DNA from: Antedon mediterranea
Lineage: Eukaryota > Animalia > Echinodermata
Direction of reading: 5' to 3'
Assembly: GCF_964355755.1 (NCBI RefSeq)
Contig: NC_092672.1
Coordinates: 2,480,001-2,544,000 of the forward strand
Length of the DNA: 64,000 nucleotides
In this document: in pieces, positions 39,801 through 52,050 of the stretch
Layout: the number at the start of each line of letters is the position of its first letter
Numbering within the stretch: position 1 is the first letter of the stretch
Program-made: the position numbers and the translations under genes
The notes under the pieces: model-generated
Told to the model about the DNA's origin: nothing
Seen by the model: the letters and a program-made list of their open reading frames with translations, nothing else
Databases searched by the model: none

Positions 39801-42800
39801 AAAGGATTATGGGACTGGCATGCAAGATTAAACCATTTTCTTTAATACAAATACACACAATAAATCGCCATGTCCATATATGGGCACATCACATTTTTTT
39901 GTCACATAAAGATTGATAGTGTACACAGTGCTTTACAATTTGTTTTTTAAAAACATCTTTCAGCAATGGTAGTTAGAAAGAAAATTGTTACATTTTATTT
40001 AAATTTTTTGCAACAGGATTCCAATATGCCGAAAAATTATGAGGGCACTGCTCAACTGTTAGCTGGTGTATTATCAAATCCAAATTCAAAGCCTGTTATC
40101 TTATTGGTTGATGCTCTCAATCAGGTACTGTCTTGAAATTCTTTAAAGTGTTCATGTTTATTTACCACATTAAAACTATGTACGTGACCGAAAATTAAAA
40201 TAGTATTAGATATATATTCATATCAGTAACATTTATAAGATTCCCCCAACAAGAATATCATACAGTGCTAATAGCACTTGAAAGGCCCTTTGTCTCCCTC
40301 TATCTCTCTTTAAGTCACATGGCTGGTCCTAACCAATGAAATCTGCTTCCGAGCAGGCGATAAGTAGTTTGTTCTATTATTTTATTGTTTATTTAATTTG
40401 TAGTTCATATATTTTAGGTTGATGAGGAGAAAGGACACGGCACGTTAAGTTGGTTGCCACGTAAACTTGCTCCACAGGTTCGCTGTATATTCTCAATGAT
40501 AAATGAGACGCCACCACACGTAACACTTTTAGCACGACCACAAGGCCCAATTGAAGTTCCTGTTACGCCACTTGATATTGCATCCAGAAAGGTATGTATA
40601 CTGATTAAATTAAAACAATAAGAGTCTTTTCAACAAATTGTTTTTGTACATATCTTGGTCATGTTCTTTATGTTACAGTTCCACTGTTTTGACCGCTTGG
40701 CCACTCGCTCGGTAAAATAAGATTTTATTGGTGTTTACAGGAAATTGTGTTAGAGATTTTAGGCAACTACCACAAGAAGCTTGACCAAGAGCAGATGACC
40801 TGTCTGTTGTCAAATGAAGCGTCTAAGAACCCTCTGTGGCTTTCTATTGCGTGTGAAGAACTACGCGTATTTGGAGATTTCAGTCGAGTCACAGAAAAAA
40901 TCAAGTCACTAGCAGATGATCTCCTCGAGTAAGTTGTGAAAGAAAATTCTAATTATTAATTTATTTGTTTCCTTTAAAAAATTTATAAATTATACTTGAT
41001 TCTTTTTTAGTTTGTTGGGGCAAGTACTGTCCCGGTTTGAACAAGAGAATGGTGGAATGTTGATGATTGCAACGCTATGTTTACTGGAAACTTCGTCTCA
41101 TGGACTTCTTGAAACTGAACTGCTCTCAATTCTTGGTGGTGATTTGTCGCTGCTCACGCCATCTAAAGAAAACTTTGAGAAATTACAGAAAAGTTTGTTT
41201 TCTTGCATTTTATTTTGGTCCAAAAAATTGGGCACCCTTGAGTTATTTTAAAATATAAAATGAGTTTCAAATGAGATCAAATTTTGTTTACTTTGTAAAC
41301 AAATTGTAAAAAAATGTGTTATTAACTCAACAGACAAGGAAAATCAAGATGTTCAACCCGTCCACAACCAACCTCTATCAGCTGCTAAATGGGCAGCTGT
41401 GTACCGTGCACTGCGTACATTTCTCAGGCCCTTCGGTGACAGTGGTGAGGGCAGGCTTGATTTCTACCACCGATCAGTTAGTAAAGCTGTACGAAGAAAG
41501 TAAGCATAATTATTATATTTGATTAATAATGATTGATAATTCACTTTATTTAAATACAGAATTATTTATTTTTTTTTTATTGACAGATATTTTTATGCGG
41601 AAGACAATTCGGACAAAGAAGATGTGTATGCATTTTGGCACCTCACTCTTGCAAACTTTTTCGAGCACGAGCAGAACATGGATCGCAAAGTTGAGGTAAA
41701 ATAATAGTGAGACGTCTTACTTTGACAGTAGTAGGCCTATACATGTTTATTAAGGCACTACCTTTTATAATCACAACAACAATGCATTTTTTTAGTCTAT
41801 GAGTTTTTGACATGGTCATATTTTATTTCTTGATATGCTGTATACCTTTTCTCTATAGGAGTATCCATACCATCTTGTGAAAATAAAGGACACTGTCCGC
41901 TTGGCTAAATGTCTGACTGAATGGCCAATCTTTGACCAGCTCTTCAACAACAAATACAGCTCCCAGCTTCTTGCTTACTGGCGACAGGTGCAATCATTTA
42001 TGTTAATAACACGTAGTAAATTCCTGTCTTTTGATTGGATGGTTGTGGAGCACATGACGTACAATAGTACACAATATATAATGACCGTTAAATAGTTCGT
42101 TAAATGTATCTTCTCGCGTATGGAAAAAAATAACATCATTACTGTGATTCTGGGCCTACCTCTTATTCAGTCTAATTCAAATGACAGGAATATATTTACT
42201 GTAGATGTTATATAAAACAAATAATGAATGTTTATATTAATGGAATGGTACAAACAATGCTCATACATTGATTATTTGTATTTTTTAAATGTTAAAACCT
42301 AACCGTGGTCAGCATAAATTTGTTTACTTTATTATTAATTTTACTTTGTATTTTAGTACTCTCAACAATTTCAATTTATCATTTTAGGCGGGAGATTATA
42401 AATTTATGGAGAGGCAATATCGTAACATTCTTGAATCAATTGATAAGGAGGCTTTTGGACTTGAAGAGTATTGCATACGATATGAACATATTGCAAGACT
42501 TCTGTAAGTTTTCCACAATTAAAACTAATGCTGACATGATGTGAGTGAAATGTATGATCAAGGCCACACTGCAAAAGGAGACAGTATGTTTGTGTGGTGG
42601 TGAAATTGAGATAATTTTAATATCTCTGTTCAGTTAGATATGAAAACGTTCCTATAACACTAAGTTTGATTATTTGTTCTCATTCAGAGTACAAGCTGGT
42701 GAATATTCAAAAGCGAAAGGCTACATAGATATCGCCCTCAACATTGAAGAGGAACAGCTCAGTGGCCGACCAGAACGGTTGGTGGAGCTATTTGCTCTCT

Positions 42801-45663
42801 ATGGTGAACTCTATGAGGAGGTGAGTGTAATAACGCCATTAATATAACCTACAATTACTACCATGTTTTTTTACCATTAGCCAGTGGAATAACGCAGGTG
42901 CAAAAGGCCCAGTTTAGCACTCCTAAGGGCCCTCCAACGCTGGGTAGTTCATGCTATGGGGCCCCTGGGTTTAGCCAGTGATCGTTCATAGCCATTACGC
43001 GACTTCCATTAGCAAGACAAAATACTCGATTTTTAAAACTTAAATTTCACATTTCCCCTTTCTTTCAGATTTCTAAATCACATGAATTTGTCGAGGAGGA
43101 CACCATCAAAGAATTAAAGCCATCCATTGAATTCTTCAGAAAATCTATAAAAATACGTGAGACATTGCAAGGAGACCATCACAAAGTATTAAATCGTTTT
43201 TAACATACTCATATGTATATCGAAGAGTATAAATATGATATGCTATGTTACTGTATAATTGTTTTAACAATTACCATAGCATATTCTCTATAATCTGTCT
43301 GTTATTAAATTAGTTAGGACTGGAAACGGTACAGTAAGTGGAAAATTCCATAGCTTGTCCGACGTAGAATCTGTATATCCTTAGTGGAAACCTTCCGTCC
43401 GCTTCGTGATAGTATGTAAATGGTCATTTAAGGAATAACATATATAAAAAAATATAACATATTTTTATTACCTTTATACTGCTCGCCTGTGTAAATTGGC
43501 TTGTAGTCTTTTTTATTTAGTGATTGTGAAAATTAATTTTGTTAATAATAATTGTCTTACTATGTCAATCTTTTATATTAGGTAACATCCGGCTGATAGT
43601 AACCCAATTTTTAACCATTTTTTCAGTACAAAATGGGTATTTCATTATTGTCATTGTCATTTTTACTAAACTCTTTCTACGAATGCGGAGGCGATGTTGC
43701 AGTTGAAGCAAAAGAGGAGGCATTTGAGCATGTTGAAAAAGCACTCATTATTTTTCACAAGGTATAAATATTACATGCATCATTCCAATTTGACATCCAA
43801 GATAACATTTGGCAACATTTATTTAAACCAATAGAACATAATTATAAGAATTTAAGAATTTGAATACAATATGTGATTTACATTTGAAAGATGATATATA
43901 AATGAAATAAAAATTTAATAATAGTATTAATTTTATGAGGATATGATTGATCATATATTCTATCGGTTCGAATCATAACTAGAAGTTGAAAGAACTTGTC
44001 TCAAAACGACCCACGGACAGATACAATATAAAATGAATAATTTGAATTTCATATTGATGTATTCCAGTAGGAACACTGTTAGCATTTACCTTATTTTGTT
44101 AAGAAATTATTAAATAGTTTTTTAGAAGATTTTAATAATTTGTCATGGATGGTCAGAAAACATTATGTATTTTCCTTGTTATTGATTTTGTTGCTTTAGT
44201 TGGAAGATCTTGGAAGAAAGGCAGAGGCTAGCTTGACTAAAGCCACTTTATATGAAAGAGGCTCAGAGGACCAAATTGAGGTCAGTAGTACATAGAAGTA
44301 GTATTTTGACTTCTCTCCATACGCTAACATGGCATTCTCTCCATACACTAAACATGGCATTCTCTCCATACGCTAACATGGCATTCTCTCCATACGCTAA
44401 CATGGCATTCTCTCCATACGCTAACATGGCATTCTCTCCATACGCTAACATGGCATTCTCTACATACGCTAACATGGCATTCTCTCCATACGCTAACATG
44501 GCATTCTCTCCATACGCTAACATGACTTCCTTCCTGGCATCCAGTCAATGATGATATTAAGAAAGCCTGCAAAGAATCAGCCGTATACTCTGAAAGCAAA
44601 GGAGTAAACGTCTCCAAATTTTAAACATACATTTTATTGGTTGATTAGCCAAAAATAGTTTCATGCTAGTGCTATAAGACCAAAAATCTATTGGAATAAG
44701 TTTCAAGAAGAGACTTAAATTGCATTAAGGACTTAGACTGACACCCACTGATGGATGTAAAATGGAAGTTAATTGAAAACTAGCCCATGGGATTAAAGCC
44801 AATCATTCCAAAAATAAAAACGGAACGATCAAAAAATGTTATTGTAAACTTTGGTCTCTTTCACAAGTGGTAGGCATACATATCCCTGCACAGTCGCTTC
44901 GTTCCCTGACTTGACTTCAGTTTGTCTGTTCTTCGATGTTTTTGTGTTTTTTGATTTATATCGTTGATGGATTTGATATATTTTTTCATTTAAGTATAAG
45001 TATATATTTTTGTATAATTCAACCCAAAAGTTGCAATAAAAGTATTTTATCAGTTTTTTTTAAAGCTGAACTTTCAGAAGTCTGTGATAGTGTAGTAGAT
45101 TCTATTTTACTCTTTTTCTCTTTAAATTTTAAGTGGTACAACAAAGCATATGAAGAGTGCGAACAAGCGTATGGTTTAAATTGTAAGCTGATGACTTCAG
45201 TGCTGTATAATATTGGTATCCATTACGAAGACAGAGATGAATTCGACAGGGCCTATGAGTATTTGGTCAAGTCTCTAGAGGCGAGTGTTGAGGTGAGTTG
45301 ACATAAACGTTCACTTCAATCAGAGTTTTCAATTCTGTAAAACGGTGTTGCTGTTTTCTAAAAATTAGTTTACATTTTACATTTCATTTACATTTTCACT
45401 AAGCTGTTAAGAATTATAAGTGTGACAAGAGAACGTAGTTTTAAATACTACCTTTTTTCACAAACATTATTATACCAAATACTATGAATTCACTACATTT
45501 TTACTTCAAACTGTATCCAAATAAACTGTGTATTATTTATATTCTGTAGGTGTTTGGAGAAAACCACCCAAAGACAAAGTCTACCAGAAATGTTTTAGAA
45601 GATCCAACCTATCCATATATAAAGATAAGGCAGAAGAAGAGTACAGAAATAGACGACATATAA
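36900..45663 (+). CDS. DUF4062-NACHT/STAND-TPR protein (TEP1/NPHP3-like), copy B, apparently intact
   Basis: Same exon-intron layout as copy A. First exon MGCGASQSYDYKYDV...SGWKTVRIFVSSTFRDFHAEREVLVKE; P-loop GGPGTGKSS at ~39315-39341; last exon 45550-45663 VFGENHPKTKSTRNVLE...TAA. No internal stop seen in the exons read. Confidence 0.88.
37752..38015 (+). mobile_element. tRNA-derived SINE (MetaSINE-like central domain)
   Basis: A-box TGGCCGAGAGG, B-box-like GGTTTGAGGCTC, central GTCTTCTCGGATAGAACTATAAACCATAGGTC, A-rich tail. Absent from the matching intron of copy A. Confidence 0.7.
38725..38833. mobile_element. MITE family 1 (short); partial copy also at ~39868-39932
   Basis: TIRs with TTA/TTA duplication. 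Confidence 0.78.
44311..44524. repeat. 24-bp minisatellite (GCTAACATGGCATTCTCTCCATAC) x~9 in a copy B intron
   Basis: Directly visible. Confidence 0.95.
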
Positions 45664-46547
45664 TCTAGAAGAGTATCATAAACATACTAATTACTAAAAT
45701 CAAAAGAAAGAAATGTTCCCCCAGCAGAAATTTAGTGGAAAGATTTCAGAGCTGTAAGCAGGCAGATAGGGAAGAGAATAAGGCCCTTTCTTCCAGAAAT
45801 TTTAAATTGGAAAGGGTTTTGGGTACTGAACTAGAAGGTGAAAATCCACTATATATCCTTACACCACTGCAGTGTATTATCATAGGCAGATCAAAGAGAA
45901 ATCCACCTAAAAAACTCCACAAAATCTTGAAAATACATTTCAAAGATTCTGCAGTAGTACTATGTTGTACAGCTTTATATAAGTATGTGTACTAACACAT
46001 GGAATATCAGTGGTGATTCTGAGTTAAAAATATTTTCATTATAATTTGTAAGATATAGTGATTGTATTTAGATACCAGTTAAAATGCTGCCTATTTCAAT
46101 ATAATGTTGATCACGAAAAGAAATAAAACCCCATCCAGTTTTATAATATATATATATTTATAATCATAAATATCTTTCATTTAAAAAAAAATAAATTATT
46201 GTAGTGCAATAAACAATATTATATAATATTTTATGTGCAAATTTGTTTCTAATGTTCGGTTTGGCATTACTTTTTCGTTTTTTTCTTTTTACGGAAGGGA
46301 TTAAATTTATTAAAACGACAAAATAACCTATTCAAATTCTGATTTAATTATTCTTTATTTTTTCATGTTTTTGGGGGACATACATCTTTAATACTTGAAC
46401 TTGGTGAATCTTTATTTAATTTAAACTATGATGATTTTATGTAACAAAATAAAGAGCAAATAAATATAAAGTATATATTAATTTTACCCACATACTTAAT
46501 AATTAATAAAAAATAAATGATCGTGTGAGGATGACCTATTGACCTAA

Positions 46548-46802
46548 AAACTCTGGAGTTTGATGTTGGTACCTTTCACACCAAAACACCGGGGTGTCCC
46601 CGCAGTTCCCCAGCTGTTCAACTCCGCAGTTTTAAACTCCGGAGTTGCTTGATTTTACCCTTCACACCAAAACACCAGGGTGTCCCCGCAGTTCCCCAGC
46701 TGTTCAACTCCGCAGTTTTAAACTCCGGAGTTGCTTGATTTTACCCTTCACACCAAAACACCGGAGTGTCTCCGGAGTTTTGCTTTTGGTGTGAAAGGGG
46801 CA
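46548..46802. mobile_element. Non-autonomous TIR element with ~85-bp internal tandem repeat
   Basis: CCTTTCACACCAAAA...TTTTGGTGTGAAAGG inverted ends; the unit is repeated twice plus a part. Confidence 0.6.
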
Positions 46803-47207
46803 TAATACACGACACAGATCTAGTAGTAAATATCAAAAGATGTTTAATTTAATAACGCAACATAAATAAATATAATACAGAGGAACACTACGTACTATAA
46901 AGTTTTTGGTAATGTTCATAATTCTGTGTATTGAATGACAATCATACATATCTTTTACTTCTCTATTCTATTATACGCCTATTTTAAAGTTTAACACCTC
47001 TTTCTTTTCGTACGCGTAACGCAAAAAAAGTGAACAATTGCTCGTATTGCGTTCGTAACGATTTTTTAACAAGCTCTTATATTCTATACCATAGGCTAAC
47101 AAACAGCCTTATACGTTTTATCTCCTTCTTAGTCCCCACATTTAACCCCTTTTAAATGATGTAAACTTTACAATTATAATGTAGGCTGCGGCCTACCTTT
47201 ACCATAA

Positions 47208-47386
47208 AGTTTGGTTCCCACTAGAACGTAACGCAAGGACGTAAACGCAACGCAAGCGTTTTAACCAATGACAAGCGAAGTTATAGACGGTTAGCAATCA
47301 CAAGCGAATAAGCCATCGCTTGTGATTGGTCAATTCACTTGCGTTGCGTTACGTCCTTGTGTTGCGTCGCTAGTGGGAACCACGCT
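47208..47386. mobile_element. MITE family 2 (opposite orientation)
   Basis: Reverse-complement match to the 15618 and 35996 copies. Confidence 0.8.
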
Positions 47387-47908
47387 ATAGACCTAATGCA
47401 AAACTTAAATTAACAAAATGTACAAAAAAAACATAAGAGCACGTCAAAATTAACAAACAACACCCTTCATTTTGATACTGTATAGGCCTACTGTAATTTC
47501 GTAATCTATTTTTATTTGTTAATAAACTACAAAAGTATAAAATTTACTATTTTCAAGGTGGTGCAATTTTTTGTTTGCTATTAAATGTTTTGCATAAACA
47601 TATTTACATATTTTGTAGTTGTTTTCGATTCCACCTGGCGGTGACCCACCCCGGTCTTGAAAGAGGCGTCGTAGGCCTTATTTACAAACTCATACGAGCT
47701 CGACTTAAAAGTCGAAAATCATCTACGCTTTAAATCTTGATTTTTATTAGAGATCATGAAATTTGACGAATCACAGCAATTACCAAATTACAGCTTCTGA
47801 TTGGTCAAATGTCTAAAGTTTGCGCGTACTTTCTGGTATTGCGCGCGTCCTAAAGTGAAAAACAAACTTTAGTAGTGACAGCTATGCAAGCAACTTCTTG
47901 TTACCATT

Positions 47909-49981
47909 TTAAATATCTCTCTCGCTGAAATATATTTCTTTGGTTGCCGGTGCAAATAAAAAAAGAAGTCCAACAACAACTTGGAATAGTAGTACGCCCC
48001 ATCCAAGTCCGTATCCCCAACTAAACTCCCATTCCTTGCGGAATTGATACACATCCGCCTGGAGGATTAGGATAGGAAATGTAACCAATACGGCAAACAG
48101 TAAAACACCTATATGAATACAAGGAAAAATAATACATGATATACAAAATATTTTGACGTACACACTCGTTTGCTTTTGTACGGATTAGCCGACTTTCTGT
48201 ATCGATTATCTCTGTTTTTATCTTTAATCACAAAGATCACCTATTACAATTCTTCAAAGTCACGAATTTAAAATCTTTTTTTTTAATTTAAAAATGTATA
48301 AATCGGTGTTACTCTCTTAATTACGTCTGGTAATGTTAATCAGGAAGTATGATAGATAGGCCTATTAAAGCTCTGTCTACACTATCAAACTAGTGTGACA
48401 AACTAGTGTGACAAACTAGTGTGACAAACAAGTGTGATATGCCTAAATATGGTAGTGATATGGCACCATCATGTCCATATATCATTTTTGTTGTCGCATA
48501 CAATTTGATAGTGTAGATAGAGCTTTATGAACATTTGCCGTGTCTCACATCAGTCTATTGTGTCGATTCCATCTAGTAATGTTTCGTTCGTTCGTCGGCC
48601 ATCTTCATCTACGAATCGACTCCCCCTCCCCCCACCACCCTTTCCCAACCCATCTGTCCACTATATACTCTTGCAAGCACCCGTTCCGTAACCCTTGGAA
48701 ATTGGTCCCTAACGTAGACCTACACAACCATTATCATTATTTACAACCAGCACAACGTCATGAGTTCGTACTTCTTTGTTATCATTATATTGATACTACA
48801 TTCATATTCTGTTCATCCTAAGATTCGTCGCAATTTTATATATTTCTGTTTCGTCATTTGAATCACGTCATTTTAATTAGTCAAAAACCCACCTGACAAA
48901 ATAACTGCGATGCCGCCAATTGTGGTAAGTCTTCGTTTAATCGGACGGGCTGTAAACCAAGAGATGGTAACCAGCACTGCTCCGACGATCATTGCTAATA
49001 ATGACAAAATTGATAGGACCTGGCAGGCAGACAACCATGCTACAGTGAGAAAAATAAATAGCTGTAAACTGTTAGGCCCTAGGCCTGAATATCGTCAACT
49101 CTCTCTATTACACTGTGATCTTTTCTTTCTCAACTTGTAGCGCCCAAAAAATCAATAAAACCTCCCGAACGATTCAAATGACGATTAAGCCTGTTTAATA
49201 ATGTCAGATTTCATATTCCATCTAATTTTTGTGACGCAACGAACTTACAACCAATCAGCTCAAGATTCAATTCGCGCGCATAGATACGGTACCACCGGTT
49301 GTGATGCAAGCTCACTCGCGCATAAATCGATTAACTGCTTTGTCTTGTCAACTGAAGTACCCGATATCGAGGTCATCAAAATGCGCATACTAAAGGTCAT
49401 TAAGGCCTATAAATGACCGGTAACCGGTATACCTACATTCATACAATTAAATAGGCCTATTTTCGATTTACGAAATATATAGCAGCATACATTTCATAAA
49501 GAAGTAGGTTATAATTTCACCCGGACCTTCATTATTGAACAATTAATGTTGACATAGCTAGTAGCATGTAATGCTGTACGGTACCAACATCAAATTCTCA
49601 CTATTGTTAATCAAAATACGGTTAGTACGTCATCAACAAAACAAAAAATACACACACATAAGAACAAAAATAACACAAACAACCAAATACGAACTCACAT
49701 TCTGTGACCGCCTTATAGCAAGAGACCTCTTTTTGTTGCGGGGGCGTGGTGGGGATGGTTTCCCCTACGGCAGGGATAACATTGGCTGTTGGAATGACTC
49801 TGTTGCTCCCGTTATAGCATTCTCTCCATAGGCCTTGTCTGTACCCAGATTCACTGTGTATCCAATACGTGTTACCGTTGACCGCAATGAATAAAATGAT
49901 CCCAATCCACAGAAGAATGTACGCTATTGCTTTATATGGTTTCCAGATAGTAGTTGTAACAATGTTCGCCTCTTGTTCCAT
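47909..49981 (-). CDS. PMP-22/EMP/claudin superfamily tetraspan membrane protein (TMEM47/PERP-like); 3 coding exons
   Basis: Exons ~49981-49699, 49039-48893, 48108-47909 join in frame. Four hydrophobic helices, claudin W-x(n)-GLW-x2-C signature (YW...GLWREC...C), and WEFSWGYGLGWG motif before TM4. Confidence 0.88.
48369..48524. mobile_element. MITE family 1 in an intron of the claudin-like gene
   Basis: TIRs; internal (AAACTAGTGTGAC) triplication. Confidence 0.8.
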
Positions 49982-50366
49982 TTTGAGCACGCAGACGACG
50001 ATAACTATCCTGCCATTTAATTATTTCAAACCTGGCGTATAAATTAAAAATGTCCTAATGTTTATGGGTAATTAGTAGCTGGCGTGGAATGCCTCAATAC
50101 GTTTACACGTTAATGTTTTACTTGTGTATGAAGCACCGCCTCCACACTGTCGTCTGCAACGAGAAAGTGACGGGTTATTTAAACTCGCGCGGAATGTGAA
50201 ACAGATACTCCACGTCTCGCCAGCAGATCCTCTGTTGTTGTCTCTTTATGTTTTATGACCTTTGAATACAACAGGGGGTTGCAAGACTATAAGCATACGT
50301 TTTGCGTGTTGAATGGTAAATTGAGTGTCGAGTTTAAAATATCTGAAGTTCATTAATATAATACCA

Positions 50367-50461
50367 TATGTAATTTAAGCACTAACGTTTGGTAGGACCA
50401 TACCCTAAGTGTCGGTTTTGGTATCTAATACCGTACCAAACGTTAGTGCTTAAATTACCTA
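50367..50461. mobile_element. 95-bp foldback element with ~29-bp TIRs and TACCA direct flanks
   Basis: GTAATTTAAGCACTAACGTTTGGTA / TACCAAACGTTAGTGCTTAAATTAC is a perfect 25-bp inverted repeat. Confidence 0.7.
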
Positions 50462-52050
50462 TACCACACAAACTCCGCACCTCAACACCACCACCCCCCC
50501 CCCCCCCCCACCCCCACATACCCCCTATCCCGCTACTATGCAATCAATTGCGAAAAGCTTGAATAAAGGCCATACCTTCATTATGAAAGCTATTAAACGA
50601 ATAGGCCTATTTAAAACTTCAACAATTCAAAAGCGACGACGACCATCAATTAATCAGTCCGATAAATAATAATATTAAAGATACGGTGTATACTCTGCCT
50701 TAGAACCTACCTTTGTCCTTGTTCTTCTTGTAAAGTTTGCCTCTCGACGGATCATCCACTGTATTATTGACTACATTTATGTAAGGGGTATACAAACTTA
50801 CTTCAAACTGTGCAATATTTCGTACAAGGTCAGCATGCGCAGGATGATGGAATAAAGGTGAGCACGCGAGCTATATTCTCTTCCAACAGGTTTCAACAAT
50901 TATACCTACGAGGCCAATCGATTTCTGGGATTACATTGGTTTTCAGAGGTGAAAATAAAGGGTATTAGGTCCTACACATAATTAACATCACATCACGTCA
51001 ACTTCAAGGTTTTAGGAATTGTTTGAACAGGTGTAGCGCTGTTTTTACATTCAGGTATGGAACGCCGAAATAACGCACATGCAAGTTTCAAATAAAATGT
51101 GAATGAATTGTGAAATAACGCACATTGCAAGCTCACACACTAAAATGTTAAAGACGCAGTTGCGATCATTTTTGATAGCGAGAGATCCTAAAAAGATGGT
51201 TGGAGAAGGTTTAACAACACTGCTTATTAAAATATAACAATGGAGCTATATTAGATTTGAACCGGAGACCGTGAGAACTTATGTCGAGTACTTCAAACTA
51301 ATACCATTTTAGCACAAGGTGATAAAAACAATTGAACATTACTAGTTCGTCATAATGCATATAACCTAATTAAATTATTGTCTGCGGCTACGACACGCAT
51401 GGTGCAATACATTCAGAATAGGATCGTAATGATATGAATGAACGATATTACACTGTGTTCTCTCAAGCGTGCAAATCGATTGTTGTATATTGGCCTGGCA
51501 ACATGACGTCAGAATAGACTCAATATGGTTGGTAGTGGTGGGTAAGTGCGTACTTAAAAAATGGATAGGCCTTGCTACTAGCAATAAATTGATAGATACG
51601 ACTAGTTTTTAAATATCAAATGTTTTTAAGTTGTTAGAATTTGCTTGATTATTGTAATTGGAGTACATGAATTTAGTCTGGAGGTAGGTGAGATCGTAGG
51701 CCTAGCTAAGCTAGCTAGCTAGTTAGTCTAGGAAACTGTATTGAACGACAAGCCGGGATTTCCGCTGAAATGATGATCGTTATGTATGGAACGTCAATGT
51801 GTATGGCGCGCCATAAGTACCATAATGTACCATTTCTGCCAGATTTAGTATTTTAGCATTCCAATAAATACAAAACAAATTTTGAATCAAATTTTTGCCT
51901 CAATTGAGATTGTAATCGCACAAATTTAATATATTAAAAATGTACACAAAATGTTGTTTTTGTTGAAAACAGAAAACAGTGCAGGAAGCAGTGCCATCAA
52001 TATGAAATTTTTATGTTTGGATTTTGTTTATTTATCAACACAGTGAGGAG

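Noticed and set aside
44545-44596. C/D snoRNA (ATGATGA...CTGA)
   Set aside because: Too short, with no terminal stem or recognisable guide.
44252-44617. Repeat ORFs (ANMAFSPY, VSVWRECH) and possible CRISPR-like array
   Set aside because: A 24-bp minisatellite with no unique spacers, located in an intron of a eukaryotic gene.
21877-45663. Haplotig or assembly false duplication, or true TEP1 orthologue
   Set aside because: The introns are largely unalignable and carry different insertions, so the duplication is real. No TROVE or WD40 region was seen, so no gene symbol was assigned.
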